From: Squalus acanthias
Lineage: Eukaryota
Reading direction: 5' to 3'
NCBI GenBank assembly: GCA_030390025.1
Contig: CM059432.1
Location: forward strand, 37,202,001 to 37,266,000
DNA length: 64,000 nucleotides
The notes beneath the pieces were generated by a model that saw nothing but the letters and a program-made list of their open reading frames with translations, did no database searches and had not been told where the DNA came from. Of this stretch, positions 11,757 through 25,325 are shown in pieces; position 1 is the stretch's first letter, and each line of letters starts with the position of its first letter. The position numbers were made by a program, and so were the translations under genes.

Positions 11757-14700
11757 ATAGAATCATAGAAGATAGGAGCAGGAGTAGGCCATTCGGCCCC
11801 TCTAGCCTGCTCCGCCATTCAATGCGATCATGGCTGATCATCCAAATTCAGTACCCTGTCCCTGCTTTCTCCCCATATCCCTTGATCCCTTTAGCCTTAA
11901 GAAATATATCCAACTCCTTCTTGACTCTATTTAATGAATTGGCCTCTACTGCCTTCTGTGGCAGAGAATTCCACAGGTTCACCACTCTCTGGTTTAAGAA
12001 ATTCCTCCTCATTTCTGTCCTAAATGGCTTACCCCTTATCCTTAGACTGTGACCCCTGGTTCTGAACTCCCCGACCATCGGGAACATCCTTCCTGCATCT
12101 AGTTTGTCCTGTCCTGTCAGAATTTTATACGTTTCAATGAGATCCCCTCTCATTCTTCTAAACTCCACCGAGTATAAGCCCAATCGACCCAATCTCTCTC
12201 CATACGTCATTCCTGCCATCCCAGGTATCAGCCTTGTGAATCTTCGCTGAACTCCTTCCATGGCAAGAACATCCTTCCTCAGATAAGGCGACCAAAACTG
12301 CGCACACTACTCAAGGTGTGGTCTCACCAAGGCCCTGTACAACTGCAGCAAGACATCCTTGTTCCTGTACTCAAACCCTCGCTATGAAGGCCAACATACC
12401 ATTTGCCTTCTTAACCGCCTGCTGCACCTGCATGCTTACCTTCAGCGACTGGTGCACAAGGACACCCAGGTCTCGTTGCACTTTCCCTTCTCCCAATCTA
12501 TTGCCATTCAGATAATAATCTGCCTTTCTGTTTTTGCCACCAAAGTGGATAACCTCGCATTTATCCACGTTATATTGCATCTGCCACGCTTCTGCCCACT
12601 CACCCAACCTGTCCAAATCATCCTGGAGTTTCTCGGCATCCTCCTCGCAGCACACACGCCCACCCAGTTTTGTGTCGTCTGCAAACTTGGAGATATTACA
12701 TCTAGTTCCCTTATCTAGATCATTAATATATATTGTAAACAGCTGGGGTCCAAGGACCGATCCCTGCGGTACCCCACTAGTCACTGCCTGCCACTCGGAA
12801 AAAGACCCGTTTATTGCAACTCTTTGCTTTCTGTCTGCCAACCAGTTCTCTATCCAAGTCAATACCTTGCCCCCAATCCCATGTGCCTTAACTTTACATG
12901 CTAATCTCTTATGCGGGACCTTATCAAAAACCTTTTAGAAGTCCAAATACACCGCATCCACTGGTTCTCCCTTATCTATTTTACCAGTTACATCCTCAAA
13001 AAATTCCAGTAGATTAGTCAAGCATGATTTACCTTTTGTAAATCCATGTTGACTTTGTCCGATCCTGTCACTGTTTTTCAAGTGCTCAGCTATTACATCT
13101 TTTATAATGGACTCTAGCATTTTCCCCACTACCGATGTCCGTCTGTAATTCCTCGTTTTCTCTCTACCACCCTTTTTGAATAGTGGGGTAACATTAGCTA
13201 CCCTCCAATCCATGGGTACTGTTCCAGATTCCATTGAATGTTGGAAGATGACCAGCAATGCATCTACTATTTCTAGGGCCACTTCCTTAAGTACCCTAGG
13301 ATGTAAATTATCAGGCCCTGGGGATTTATCGGCCTTCAATTTCCCTAACACCATTTCCCTACAAATACTGATTTCTTTCAGTTCCTCCCTTTCATCAGAC
13401 CCTATGTTCCCCAACATCTCTGGGAGGTTATATGTGTCCTCCTTTGTGAAGACAGAACCAAAGTATGTATTTAATTGGTCTGCCATTTCTTTGTTCCCCA
13501 TTATCAATTCCCCTGATTCTGACTGCAAGGGACCTACGCTTGACTTCACCAATCTTTTTCTCTTCACATATCTATAGAAGCTTTTACAGGCAGTTTTTAT
13601 GTTCCCTGCAAGCTTACTCTCATAATCTATTTTCCCCCTCTTAGTTAATCCCTTTGTCCTCTTTTGTTGAATCCTAAACTGCTCCCAATCCTCAGGTTTG
13701 CTGCTTTTTCTGGCCAAATTATATGTCCTCTCCTTGGATCGTATGCTATCCCTAATTTCCCTTGTTAGCCACGGTTGAGTCACCTTTTTTGTTTTATTTT
13801 TATGCCAAACAGGGATGAACAAATTCTGTAGTTCATCCATGCGCTCTTTAAATGTTTGCCATTGCCTATCCACTGTCAACCCTTTAAGTAACGTTCCCCA
13901 ATCCATCCTAGCCAACTCGTGCCTCATACCATTGTAGTTTCCTTGATTTAAATTCAGGACCCTAGTCTGAGTCAACTACTTCACTCTCCATTTTAATGAA
14001 GAATTCGATCATATTATGATCGCTCCTCCCCAAGGGGCCTCGCACAACAAGATTGCTAATTAATCCTTTCTTGTTAGATAATACGCAGTCTAAGATGGCC
14101 TGATCTCTAGTTGGTTCCTCGACATATTGGTCCAGGAAACCATCCCGTATACACTCTAGGAATTCCTCCTCCACAGTATTGTTACTAATTTGGTGAGCCC
14201 AATCTATATGTAGATTAAAGTCACCCATGATAACTGGTGTGCCCTTATTGCACACGTCTCTAATTTCCCATTTAATGCCATCCCCAAACTCAGCATTACT
14301 GTTTGGGGGTCTGTATACAACTCCCACTAAAGCTTTCTGTCCCTTGGTATTTCTCAGCTCTACCCATACAGATTCCACATCATCAGAGCTAATATCCTTC
14401 CTTACTATTGTGTTAATCTCCTCTTTAACCAGCAATGCTACCCCACCTCTTCCTTTTTTCCTGTCCTTCCTGAATAGTGAATATCCCTGGATGTTGAATT
14501 CCCAGACTTGGTCATCCTGGAGCCATGTCTCTGTAGTCCCAATTATATCATATCCGTTTACATTTATTTGCGCAGCTAATTCATCCACCTTATTACGAAT
14601 GCTCCTCGCATTAAGACACAAAGCCTTCAGGCTTGATTTTTTAACACTTAGTCCTTTTAGAATTATTATTTACTGTGGCCCTGTTTGATTTACACCCTTG

Positions 14701-15451
14701 ATTTCTCTGCCTTCCACTTTTGCTTTTCTCCTTCCTGCCTTTTGTTTCTATCCTTGCTTCCCTTTCCTCTGTCTCCCTGCACAGGTTCCCAACCCCCTGC
14801 CATTTTAGTTTAAACCCTCCCCAACAGCACTAGCAAACACTCCCCCTTAGACATCGGTTCCAGTCCTGCCCAGGTGCAAACCGTCCAGTTTGTACTGGTC
14901 CCACCTCCCGCAGAACCGGTTCCAATGTCCCAGCAATTTGAATCCCTCCCCGTTGCACCATTCCTCTAGCCACGTATTCATCTGAAATATCCTCCTATTT
15001 CTACTCTGACTAGCACGTGGCACTGGTAGCAATCCTGAGATTACTACCTTTGAGGTCCTATTTTTTAATTTACCTCCTAACTCCCTCTATTCAGCTTTTA
15101 GGACCTCATCCCGCTTTTTACCTATATCGTTGGTACCTGTATGCACCACGACAACTGGCTGTTCACCCTCCCCCTCCAGAATGCCCTGCAGCCGCTCCGA
15201 GACATCCTTGACCCTTGCACCAGGGAGGCAACATACCATCCTGGAGTCTCGTTTGCGGCCGCAGAAACGCCTGTCTATTCCCCTTACAATAGAATCCCCT
15301 ATCACTATAGCTCTCCCGCTTTTTTTTCCTCCTGTCCTGTGCAGCAGGGCCACCCATGGTTCCAGGAAGTTGGCTGCTGCTGCCTTCCCCTGATAAGCCA
15401 TCCCCCTCCACAATATCCAAAGTGGTATATCTGTTTGAAAGGGGGATGGCC
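11757..15451 (-). mobile_element. Nearly full-length, relatively young CR1 LINE (ORF1 esterase, APE endonuclease, RT, 3' tail) with a few frameshifts and stops
   Basis: ORFs 15455-15087 (GDSIVRG, GTNDIG), 14621-13962 (LNARS, TETW, VYRPP, GDFN, SDH), 13975-12935, 12862-12371 ([15 protein letters not shown]) and 12261-11848; 3' terminal (ATTCTATG)-type repeat at 11757-11770. Confidence 0.95.
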
Positions 15452-17745
15452 ACATTAATTAACAACATTGTTGTAAAGGGGCCTTTAGGGAAGAGTGACC
15501 ATAATATGATAGAATTTTATATTGAGTTTGAAAGTGATTTAGTTATATCCGAAACTAGGGTCTTGAATCTAAACAAAGCAAACTACGTAGGTATGAGGGG
15601 CGAGTTGGCTCGGGTAGATTTGGAAACTACATTAAAAGGTATGACGGTAGAGAAGCAATGGCTGGCATTTAAAGAATGAATACATAATTTACAACAAACA
15701 TACATTTCTTTTAAGGCACAAAAACACCACAGGAAAAGTGGCCCAACCGTGGCTAATGAGAAGTTAAAGATAGTATAGATCAAAGGAAGAGGCTTATAAT
15801 GTTGCCAAAAAGAGTACTAAGCCTGAGGATTGGGAGGATTTTAGAATTCAGCAAAGGAGGACGAAGAAATTGATCAAGAAAGGTAGAATAGAATACGTGA
15901 ATAAACTTGAGACATAAAAACAGACTGTAAAAGCTTTTATAGTTATGTAAAAAGGAAAAGATTAGTGAAAGTAAGTGTGGGTCCCTTACAGGCTGGGACA
16001 GGAGAAATTATAATGGGGAATAAGGAAATCGCAGAGAAATTAAACAAATACTTTGTCTTCACGGAAGATGCAAAAAACTTCCTGGAAATAGTGGAGAACC
16101 AAGGATCTAGTGAGAATGAGGAACTGAAAGAAATTAGTATTAGTAAAAATGTAGTACTGGAGAAATTAATTGGACTGAAAGCTGATAAATCCCCAGGGGC
16201 TGATGGCCTACATCCTCGGGCTTTGAAAGGGGTGGCTATAGAGATAGTGGATGTATTGATTGTCATTTTCCAAAATTCCATAGATTTTAGAACAGTTCCC
16301 ACAGATTGGAAGGTAGCAAATGTAACCCCATTATCTAAAAGGAGCGAGAGAGAAAACCGTGAACTGCAGACCAGTTAGCCTGACTTCAGTAGTTGGGAAA
16401 ATGCTAGAATCTATTATTAAGGACGTGGTAACAGGGCACTTAAAAAATAATAATAGGATTGGGCAGAGTCGACACAGATTTATGAAAGGAAAATCATGTT
16501 TCATGAATCTGTTAGATTTTTTTGAGGTTGTAAGTAGCAGAATAGATGAGGGGGAACCAGTGGACATGGTGTATTTGGATTTTCAGAAGGCATTCGATAA
16601 GGTGCCACACAAGAAGTTATTGAACAAAATTAGGGCTCATGGGATTGGGGATAATATACTAGCATGGATTAACGATTGGTTAACAGACAGAAAACAGAGT
16701 AGGAATAAACGGGTCATTTTCGGGTTGGCAGGCTGTAACTAGTGGGGTACCACAAGGATCAGTGCTTGGGCCTCAGCTATTCACAATCTATATCAATGAT
16801 TTGGATGAGGGGACCAAATGTAATATCGAGGTTTGCTGATGATACAAAGTTGGGTGGGAATGTAAGTTGTGAGGAGGATGCAAAGAGGCTTCAAGGGGAT
16901 ATCGACAGGTAAGTGAGTGAGCAAGAACATGGCAAATGGCATATCATGTGGAGAAATGTGAAGTTAACCACTTTGGTAGGAAAAATAGAAAAGCAGAGTT
17001 TTTTAAATGGTTAGAGATTGGGAAATGTTGGTGTTCAGAGGGACCTAGGTGTCCTTGTACACGAATCACTGAAAGTTAGCATGCGGGTACAGCAAGCAAT
17101 TAAGAAAGCAAATGGTATGTTGGCCTTTATTCCAAGAGGATTTGAGTATAAGAGTAAAGTCTTACTGCAATTATATAGGGCGCTGGCGAGACCACACCTG
17201 GAGTATTGTGTACAGTTTTGGTCTCCTTACCTAAGGAAGGATATATTGCCATTGAGGGAGTGGAACGAAGGTTCATCAGACTGATTCCTGGGATGGGGGG
17301 GGATTGTCCTATGAGGAGAGATTGAGTCGACTCGGCCTATATTCTCGAGAATTTAGAAGAATGAGAGGTGATCTCATTGAAACATACAGAATTCTTACAG
17401 GGCTTGACAGGGTAGATGCAGGGAGGATGTTTCCTCTGGCTGGGGAGTCTAGAACCAGGGGCCACAGTCTCAGAATAAGGGGTCGGCCATTTAGGACTGA
17501 GATGAGAAATTTCTTCACTGAGGGTGGTGAATCTTTGGAATTCTCTACCCCAGAGGGCTGTGGAGGCTCAGTTGTTGAATATATTCAAGACAGAGATCGA
17601 TAGATTTTTGGGAATCAAGGGATATGGGGATCGTACAGGAAAGTGGAGATGAGGTGGAAGATCAGCCATGATCATCTTGAATGGAGCAGCAGGCTTGAGG
17701 GGCCAAATAGCCTATTCCTGCTGCTATTTCTTATGTTCTTGTATG
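15452..17745 (+). mobile_element. 5'-truncated CR1 LINE (end of endonuclease, RT, 3' UTR)
   Basis: GPLGKSDHNMIEF, KSPGADGLHPR, VYLDFQKAFDKVPH, RPHLEYCVQFWSP; tail ends ttcttatgttcttgt. Confidence 0.93.
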
Positions 17746-17929
17746 TTGCTCAGTGTTCCTCTTGGCTGGCAGCTATGTGGAATTGAAGAGGGTACAAAAG
17801 CTTATTTATATAATGCCTTTTCACACCATCTGAACATGCAGCGATTTGATATGCAACGCTTTATAAATGTAACTTTTCTTTTTCTCATCGATCATGCTAC
17901 TGGGTTCAGAATAGGTCAAGGAGCATTAG

Positions 17930-20900
17930 GAATCATAGAATAGAATCATTAGAATGGTTACAGCACGGAAAAAGGCCGTTTGGCCCGACGAGCCCATTCC
18001 AACTTTCAGCTCGTCCCACTACCCTTCCCTTTCTCCATAGCCCTGCAAATTTTTTTCCTTCAGCTACTTACCCAACGCCCTTTTGAAAGATAAGCTTGAG
18101 TCTGCCTCCCCGACCTTTCAGGCAGAGCATTCCAGATCTTAACCATTCACTGTGTAAAAAAGCTTTTTCTTGCGTCGCATTTGGTTCTTTTGCCAATCAC
18201 CTTAAATCTGTGTCCTCTGGTTCTCAACCCTTCTGCCAATGGCAACAGTTTCTCTCTATCTACTCTGTCCAGATCCCTCATGATTTTTTGCTCCAAGGAG
18301 AACAACCCAAGCTTCTCCAGTCTATCAATGTAACTGAAGTCTCTCATTCCTGGAATCATTCTCGTAAGTCTTTTCTGCACCTTTTTTAAGGCCTTCACAT
18401 CCTTCCTAAAGTGTAGTGCCCAGAATTGAACACAGTACTCCAGTTGGGGCCAAACCAGTGTTTTATACGGGTTCATCATCATTTCCACACTTTTGTACTC
18501 TATAGCCTCTATTTATGAAGCCCAGGATCCTGTAAGGCTTTTTAAACCTGCTTTCTCAATCTGCCCTGCCACCTTCAATGATTTGTGCACACATATCCCC
18601 AGGTGTTTCTGTTCATGCACCCCCTTTAGGATTGTACCATTTAGTTTATATGTTGTCTCCTCATTATTTCTACCAAAATGTATCACTTTGCACTTTTCTG
18701 CGTTAAATTTCATCTGCCACATGTCCGCCCATCTCACCAGCCTGTCTTCCTGAAGTCTATCACTCTCCTCCTCACTGTTAACTATACTTCCAAGTTTTGT
18801 CATCTGCAGATTTTGAAATTGTGCCCTGTACACCCACGTTCAAGTCATTAATATATATCAAGAAAAGCAGTGGTCTTAGAACCGACACCTGGGGAACACC
18901 ACTGTATACCTTCCTCCAGTCTGAAAAACAACCGTTCAGAACTACTGTTTTATGTCACTTAAACAATTTCGTATCCATGCTTTTTTTTTAATATTCATTC
19001 ATGGGATGTGGGTGTCACTGGCAAGGCCAGCATTTATTGCCCATCCCTAATTGACCTGGAGAAGGTGGTGGTGAGCCGCTGCCTTGAACCGCTGCAGTCC
19101 GTGCGGTGAAGGTACTCCCACAGTGCTGTTAGGGAGTTCCAGGATTTTGACCCAGCGATGATGAAGGAACAGCGATATACTTCCAATTCAGGATGGTATG
19201 TGACTTGGAAGGGAACTTGGAGGTGGTGGTGTTCCCGTACGCCTGCTGTCCTTGTCTTCTAGGTGGTAGAGGTAGCGTGTTTGGGAGGTGCTGCCGAAGC
19301 AGCCTTGGCGAGTTGCTGCAGTGCATCTTGTAGATGGTGTACATTGCAGCCATGGTATGCTGGTGGTGGAGGGAGTGAATGTTTAAGGTGGTGAACAGGG
19401 TGCCAATCAAGCGGGCTGCTTTGTCTTGGATGGTGTTGAGCTTCTTGTGTTGTTGGAGCTGCACTCATCCAGGCAAGTGGAGAGTATTCCATCACACTCC
19501 TTACTTGTGCCTTGTAGATGGTGGAAAGGCTTTGTGGAGTCAGGAGGTGAGACGCTCGCCGCAGAATACCCAGCCTCTGACCTCTTGTTGCCACAGTATT
19601 TATGTGGCTGGTCCAGTTAAGTTTCTGGTCAATGGTGACGCCCAGGATGTTGATGGTGGTGGATTTGGTGATGGTAATGCCGTTGAATGTTAAGGGGTGG
19701 TGGTTAGACTCTCACTTATTGGAGATAGTCATTGCCCGGCACTTGTGTGGTGCGAATGTTACCTGTCACTTATCAGCCCAAGCCTGAATGTTGTCCAGGC
19801 GTTGTTGCATGCGGGCATAGAGTGCTTCATTATCTGAGTAGTTACGAATGGAACTGAACACTGCAGTCATCAGCGAACATCCCCATTTTTGACCTTATGA
19901 TAGAGGGAAGGTCATTGATGGAGCAGCTGAAGATGGTTGGGCCTAGGACACTGCCCTGAGGACCCCCTGCAGCAATGTCCTGGGACTGTGATGGTTGACC
20001 ACCAACTACCACAACCATCTTCCTTTGTGCTCGGTATGACTCCAGCCAGTGAAGAGTTTTCCACCTGATTCCCATTGTCTTCAGTTTTGCTCGCGCTCCT
20101 TGATGTCAAGGGCAGTCACTCTCACCTCACTTCTGGAATTCAGCTGTTTTGTCCATGTTTGGACCAAGGCTGTAATGAGGTCTGGAGCCGAGTGGTCCTG
20201 GCAGAACCCAAACTGGACATCAGTGAGCAGGTTATTAGTGAGTAAGTGTAGCTTGATAGCACTGTCGATGGCAACTTCCATCATTTTGCTGATGTTTGAG
20301 TCGACTGATGGGGCGGTAATTGGCCGGTTTGGATTTGTCCTGCTTTTTGTGGACAGGACATACCTGTGCAGTTTTCCACATTGTCAAATAGATGCCAGTG
20401 TTGTAGCTGTACTGGAACAGCTTGGCTAGAGGCGCGGCTAGTTCTGGAGCACAAGTCTTCAGCACAACAGCTGGGATGTTGTCGGGGCCCATAACCATTG
20501 CTGTTTCTGGTGCGCTCAGCCATTTCTTGATATCACGTGGAGTGAATCGAATTGGCTGAAGACTGGCTTCTGTGATAGTGGAGGCCGATATGGATCATCC
20601 ACTCAGCACTTCTGGCTGAAGATGGTTTCAAACGCTTCAGCCTTTTCTTTTGCACTCGCATGCTGGACTCCACCATCGTTGAGGATGGGGTTATTCATGG
20701 AGCCTCTTCCTCCCGTTAATTGTTTAATGGTCCACCACCATTCACGACTGGATGTGGCAGGACTGCAGAGCTTTGATCTGATCCATTGATTGTGGGATCG
20801 CTTAGCCCTGTCTATAGCATGCTGCTTCCGCTTTTTAGCATGCATGTAGTCCTGTATGGCAGCTTCCCCAGGTTGGTACCTCATTTTTAGGTACGCTTGG

Positions 20901-21733
20901 TGCTGCTCCTGGCATGCTCTTCTACACTCCTTATTGAACCAGAGTTGGTCACCTGGCTTGATTGTAATGGTAGAGTGAGGGATATGCCAGGCCATGAGGT
21001 TACAGATTGTGGTGGAATACAATTCTGCTGCTGCTGATGGCCCACAGCGCCTCATGGATGCCCAGTTTTGAGCTACTAGATCTGTTCTGAATCTATCCCA
21101 TTTAGCACAGTGGTAGTGCCACGCAACACGATGGAGGGTGTCCTCGGTGTGAAGACGGGACTTTGTCTCCACAATGACTGCGCGGTGGTCACTGCCACCA
21201 ATGCTGTCATGGACAGATGCATCTGCGACAGGTAGATTGGAGAGAACAAGGTCAAATAGGTTTTCCCTCGTGTTGGTTCTCTTACCACCTGTGGCAGGCC
21301 CAGACTGGCAGCTATGTCCTTCAGGACTCGGCCAGCTCGATCAGTAGTGGTGTTACCGAGCCACTCTTGGTGATGGACGTTGAAGTCCCCCACCCAGAGT
21401 ACATTCTGTGCTGTTGTTACCCTCCGTGCTTCTTCCAAGTGGTGTTCAACATGGAGGAGTACTGATTCATCAGCTGAGGGAGTGTGGTCTGTGGTAATCA
21501 GCAGGAGGTTTCCTTGCCCATGCTTGACCTGAAGCCATGAGACTTCATGGGGTCCGGAGTCAATGTTGAGGACTCCCAGGGCCACTCCTTATCGGCTACC
21601 ACTGTCCCTTTTATTCCATGGGCTTCAGCTTTGCTGGTAAGCCTATTATGTGGCACTTTGTTGAATGCCGTTTGGAAATCCATTTACACTACGTCAACCC
21701 TCTGTTACCTCATCAAAAAACTCGATCAAGTTG
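17930..21733 (-). mobile_element. CR1 LINE RT/3' portion, interrupted by a family B LINE at 18982-21590
   Basis: (gaatcata)n tail at ~17930; QLEYCVQFW and WQMKFNAEKC (18147-18833); resumes at ~21590 with MDFQTAFNKVPHNRL. Confidence 0.88.
18982..21590 (-). mobile_element. Family B CR1-clade LINE (endonuclease end, RT, 3' tail) nested in a CR1
   Basis: ORFs 21585-21076, 21172-20603, 20498-20235, 20075-19842 ([13 protein letters not shown]) and 19594-19259; 3' tail gggatgggcaataaatgctggccttgccag on the minus strand near 19000-19050. Confidence 0.92.
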
Positions 21734-22365
21734 CTTAAGCTGGAGTCAGAGCTTCGGACACTGCGATACATCAAGGAGGGGGAGAGTTACCTGGATACTG
21801 TTCCAGGAGGCAGTCACACCCCTTAGGTTAAATAATTCAAATTTAGTCCATTGTCAGGGACAGGAGGGTGTGTGAGTACGAGTGAGGCAGGTATGGGGAT
21901 CCAGAAGACAGCATTGAAGAAGCTTCAGCCCTTGCACTTGTCCAACAGGTACGAGGTTATTCCTCCCTGTGTGGACGAGAGCAGGGACTGCAGGGAGGAT
22001 GAGCAAACTGACCACAGCACTGTGGTACAGGGGGCCATTCATGTTGGGGGGAGTAAAAAGAAATGTAGTAGTGGTCGGGGACAGTATAGTTAGGGGGATA
22101 GATACTGTTCTCTGCAGCCGAGAGTGAGAGTCCCGAAGGCTGTGGTGCCGTTATTAAGGACATCTCCTCTGGGCTGGAGAGGAATTTGGCGTGGATGGGG
22201 AAGATCCAGTTGTCCTGGTCCACGTAGGTACCAATGGCATAGGTAAAACAGAGAAAGAGGTTCTGCTGAGGGAGTATGAGCAGCTAGGGGCTAAATTAAA
22301 AAGCAGAACCACAAAGGTACTCTCTCGATTGCTACCTGAGCCACGAGCAAATTTGCATCGGGTAA
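21734..22365 (+). mobile_element. CR1 ORF1 (esterase) fragment, same subfamily as 9340-10790
   Basis: Shares gagagttacctgga...gcagtcacaccccttaggtta with 9800-9850; DGEDPVVLVHVGTNGIG. Confidence 0.85.
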
Positions 22366-22712
22366 ATCATCTTCTCTTAGGCAGTCCCTTGGAACCAAGG
22401 ATGACTTGCTTCCACTTTAAAAATGAGTTCTCAGGTGACTGATCAGTCCAATGCGGGACCTACAGTCTGTCACAGGTGGGGCAGACGGTGGTTGAAGGGG
22501 CGGGTGGGTTGGGTGCTTGGGTTGACTTGCGCTGCATGCGCTTGGTTTCCGCTTGCTCCTGGCCAAGAGACTCTGTGTTCGGCGCCTTCCCGGATGCTTC
22601 TCCTCCACTTTGTGTGGTCTTGGGCCAGGGATTCCCAGGTGTCAGTGGGAATGTTGCACTTTTTCAAGGAGGCTTTGAGGGTGTCCTTGAAGCGTTTCCT
22701 CTGCCCACCTGG
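22366..22712 (-). mobile_element. RTE-clade (BovB-like) LINE 3' end
   Basis: KKCNIPTDTWESLAQDHTKWRRSIREG and DCRSRIGLISHLRTH are typical RTE C-terminal motifs. Confidence 0.85.
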
Positions 22713-23819
22713 GGATCCAGCAATGCCTCCTCTCTCGTCAGGCCGGAAACATACTGATCAAGAAAGTTCTCCTGAACACACTTCAGAAATTCTTCCCCTT
22801 CTCTGCCCTTTACACTATTAAGATCCCAGTCTATATTAGGATAGTTGAAGTCCCCCATTATTACTATATAGTTCTTGCACCTCTCTGTAATTTCTCTACA
22901 AATTTGCTCCTCCATATCTTTCCCACTATTTGGTGGTCTATAGAATACACCTGGTAGTGTAATGGCACCTCTATTATTTCTTAACTCTAGCCATATATAT
23001 TCTGTCCTTGACCCCTCCAGGACATTGTCATTCTCCTTAACCAATACTGCCACACCACCTCTTAACTTTCCTTTCTTTCCTGAACACCTTATAACCAGGA
23101 ATATTTAATACCCAATCCTGCCCTTTTTTGAGTCAGGTCTCAGTTATTGCCACAACATCATATTCCCATGTGGCTATTTGTGCCTGGAGCTCACTTACCT
23201 TGTTTTCTACGCTTCGTGCGTTCACATACATGCACTGTAAACCCATCTTGGACAATCCTGTTTTCCTTTGGTTTGACCCCGCCTAATAACTTACTATTTC
23301 GCACTTTAGTGCTCCCTGCCTAATCCTTTGAGCACTTTATTTCCTATTTCTAATGTTACATCCTGGTGCCCATCCCCCTGCCAAATTAGTTTAAAAGCTC
23401 CCCAACAGCACCAGCAAACCTCCCAGTGAGGATATTGGTTCCGGCCCTGTTGAGGTGCAACCCGTCCGGCCTGTACAGGTCCCACCTCTCCCAATGCCCC
23501 AGGAATCTGAAGCCCTCCCTCTTGCACCATCTCTCCAGCCATGCATTCATCTGCTCTGTCCTCCTATTTCTATACTCGTGCGTGGCACCGGGAGTAATCC
23601 AGAGATTACTTCCTTTGAGGTCCTGCTTTTTAACTTCTTTCCTAGCTCCCTAATATCTGCCTGCAGGAACTCATCCCTCTTTCTACCTATGGCGTTGGTA
23701 CTAATATGGACCACGGCCTCTGGCTGTTCACCCTCCCCCCCCCCCCCCCCCCCCTCAATGTTCTGCAGCCGCTCAGACATCTTTAACCCTGGCACCAGGG
23801 AGGCAACATACCATCCTGG

Positions 23820-24530
23820 TAAGAACATAAGAAATAAGAGCAGGAGTAGGCCATACAATAAGATCATGGCTGATCATCGATCAACTCCACTTTCCCACCC
23901 GATCTCCATATCCCTGGATTCCCCTAGAGTCCAAAAATCTATCTATCTCAGCCTTGAATATACTCAAAGGCTCAGCATTCACAGCCCTCTGGGGCAGAGA
24001 ATTCCAAAGATTCACAACCCTCTGAGTGAAGAAATTCTTCCTCATCTCAGTCTTAAATGGCCGACCCCTTATCCTGAGACCATGCCCCCTAGTTCTAGAC
24101 ACTCCAGCCAGGGGAAACAACCTCTCGGCATCTACCCTGTCAATCCCCTTCAGAATCTTGTATGTTTCAATGAGATCACCTCTCATTCTTCTAAACTCCA
24201 GAGAGTATAGGCCCATTCTACACAATCTCTCATCATAGGACAGCCCCCTCATCACAGGAATCAATCTCGTGAACCTTTGTTGCACCGCCTCCACGGCAAG
24301 TATATCCTTCCTTAGATAAGGAGACCAAAACTGTGCACAGTACTCCAGGTGTGTTCTCGCCAAGGCCCTGTACAATTGTAGCAAGACTTCCTTACTCTTA
24401 TACTCCAACCCCCTTGCAATAAAGGCCAACATGCCATTTGCCTTCCTTATTGCTTGCTGTACTTGCATGCTAGCTTTTTGTGTTTCATGCACGAGGACAC
24501 CCAAATCTCTCTGAACACCAACATTTGAAA
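23820..24530 (-). mobile_element. 5'-truncated CR1 3' end with intact 218-aa frame, nested in CR1 ORF1
   Basis: ORF 23881-24537 (QRDLGVLVH...NFFTQRVVNLWNSLP); (aagaacat)n tail at 23820. Confidence 0.92.
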
Positions 24531-25325
24531 GTTTCACGTCTGCGGCCGCAGAAACGCCTGTCTGCTCCCCTAACTATTGAATGCCCTACCACGATTGCTC
24601 TCCCACACTTTTTCCACCTCTTTTTCTCCGCCCTCTCCCCTGCCCCAGTACAGCTGAGCCACCCGTGGTGCCATGGACGTGTCTCTGGCTGTACTCCCCA
24701 GAGGAACCATCGCCCTCACCAGTACTTAGAACCGAATACTGGTTGGAGAGCGAGATGCACTCGGGCAATTCCTGCACTACCTACCTGGTCCTCTTCTGTC
24801 CGACGGTCACCCATTCCCTCTCTGCCTGCGCACTCCTTAGCTGTGCGGTGACCATCTCCTGAAACGTGATATCCACGAAGCTCTCAGCCTCCCGGATGCA
24901 CCGCAGTGATGCCAGCTGCTGCTCAAGCTCCGAAAACCGAGCTCGAGCTCCTCCAGCTGACGGCACCTCCTACACACGTGGTTGTCCAGGACATGGGAAG
25001 CGTCCTGGATTTCCCACATGGCACAGGATGTGCAATCCGTGGGACTGAGCTGCCCTGCCATGCCTCTATTTAATAGATGAACTAACTTACAGAAATAAAC
25101 TTAAGACCAAGAGTCTTAAAAGTCAGGCCTACCTTTATCTCCGGCTGCTTCTCTTGCTCTTAGTTCAAGTCTTTATTCACACGATTATCTAGCATAACTA
25201 GAGAAACTAATTAATATAATTATAGAGAGAATAAAACAGATACTCACTCACCAATCACCTTCCTGCAGTCCTGTGACGTCGCTCCTTGCTTTTGCTGTTC
25301 TTTTGGAATTCAGCGGCCCTGCGCA

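Noticed and set aside
22366..22712. Horizontally transferred BovB element
   Set aside because: Only a short 3' RTE fragment; transfer cannot be argued without a phylogeny.
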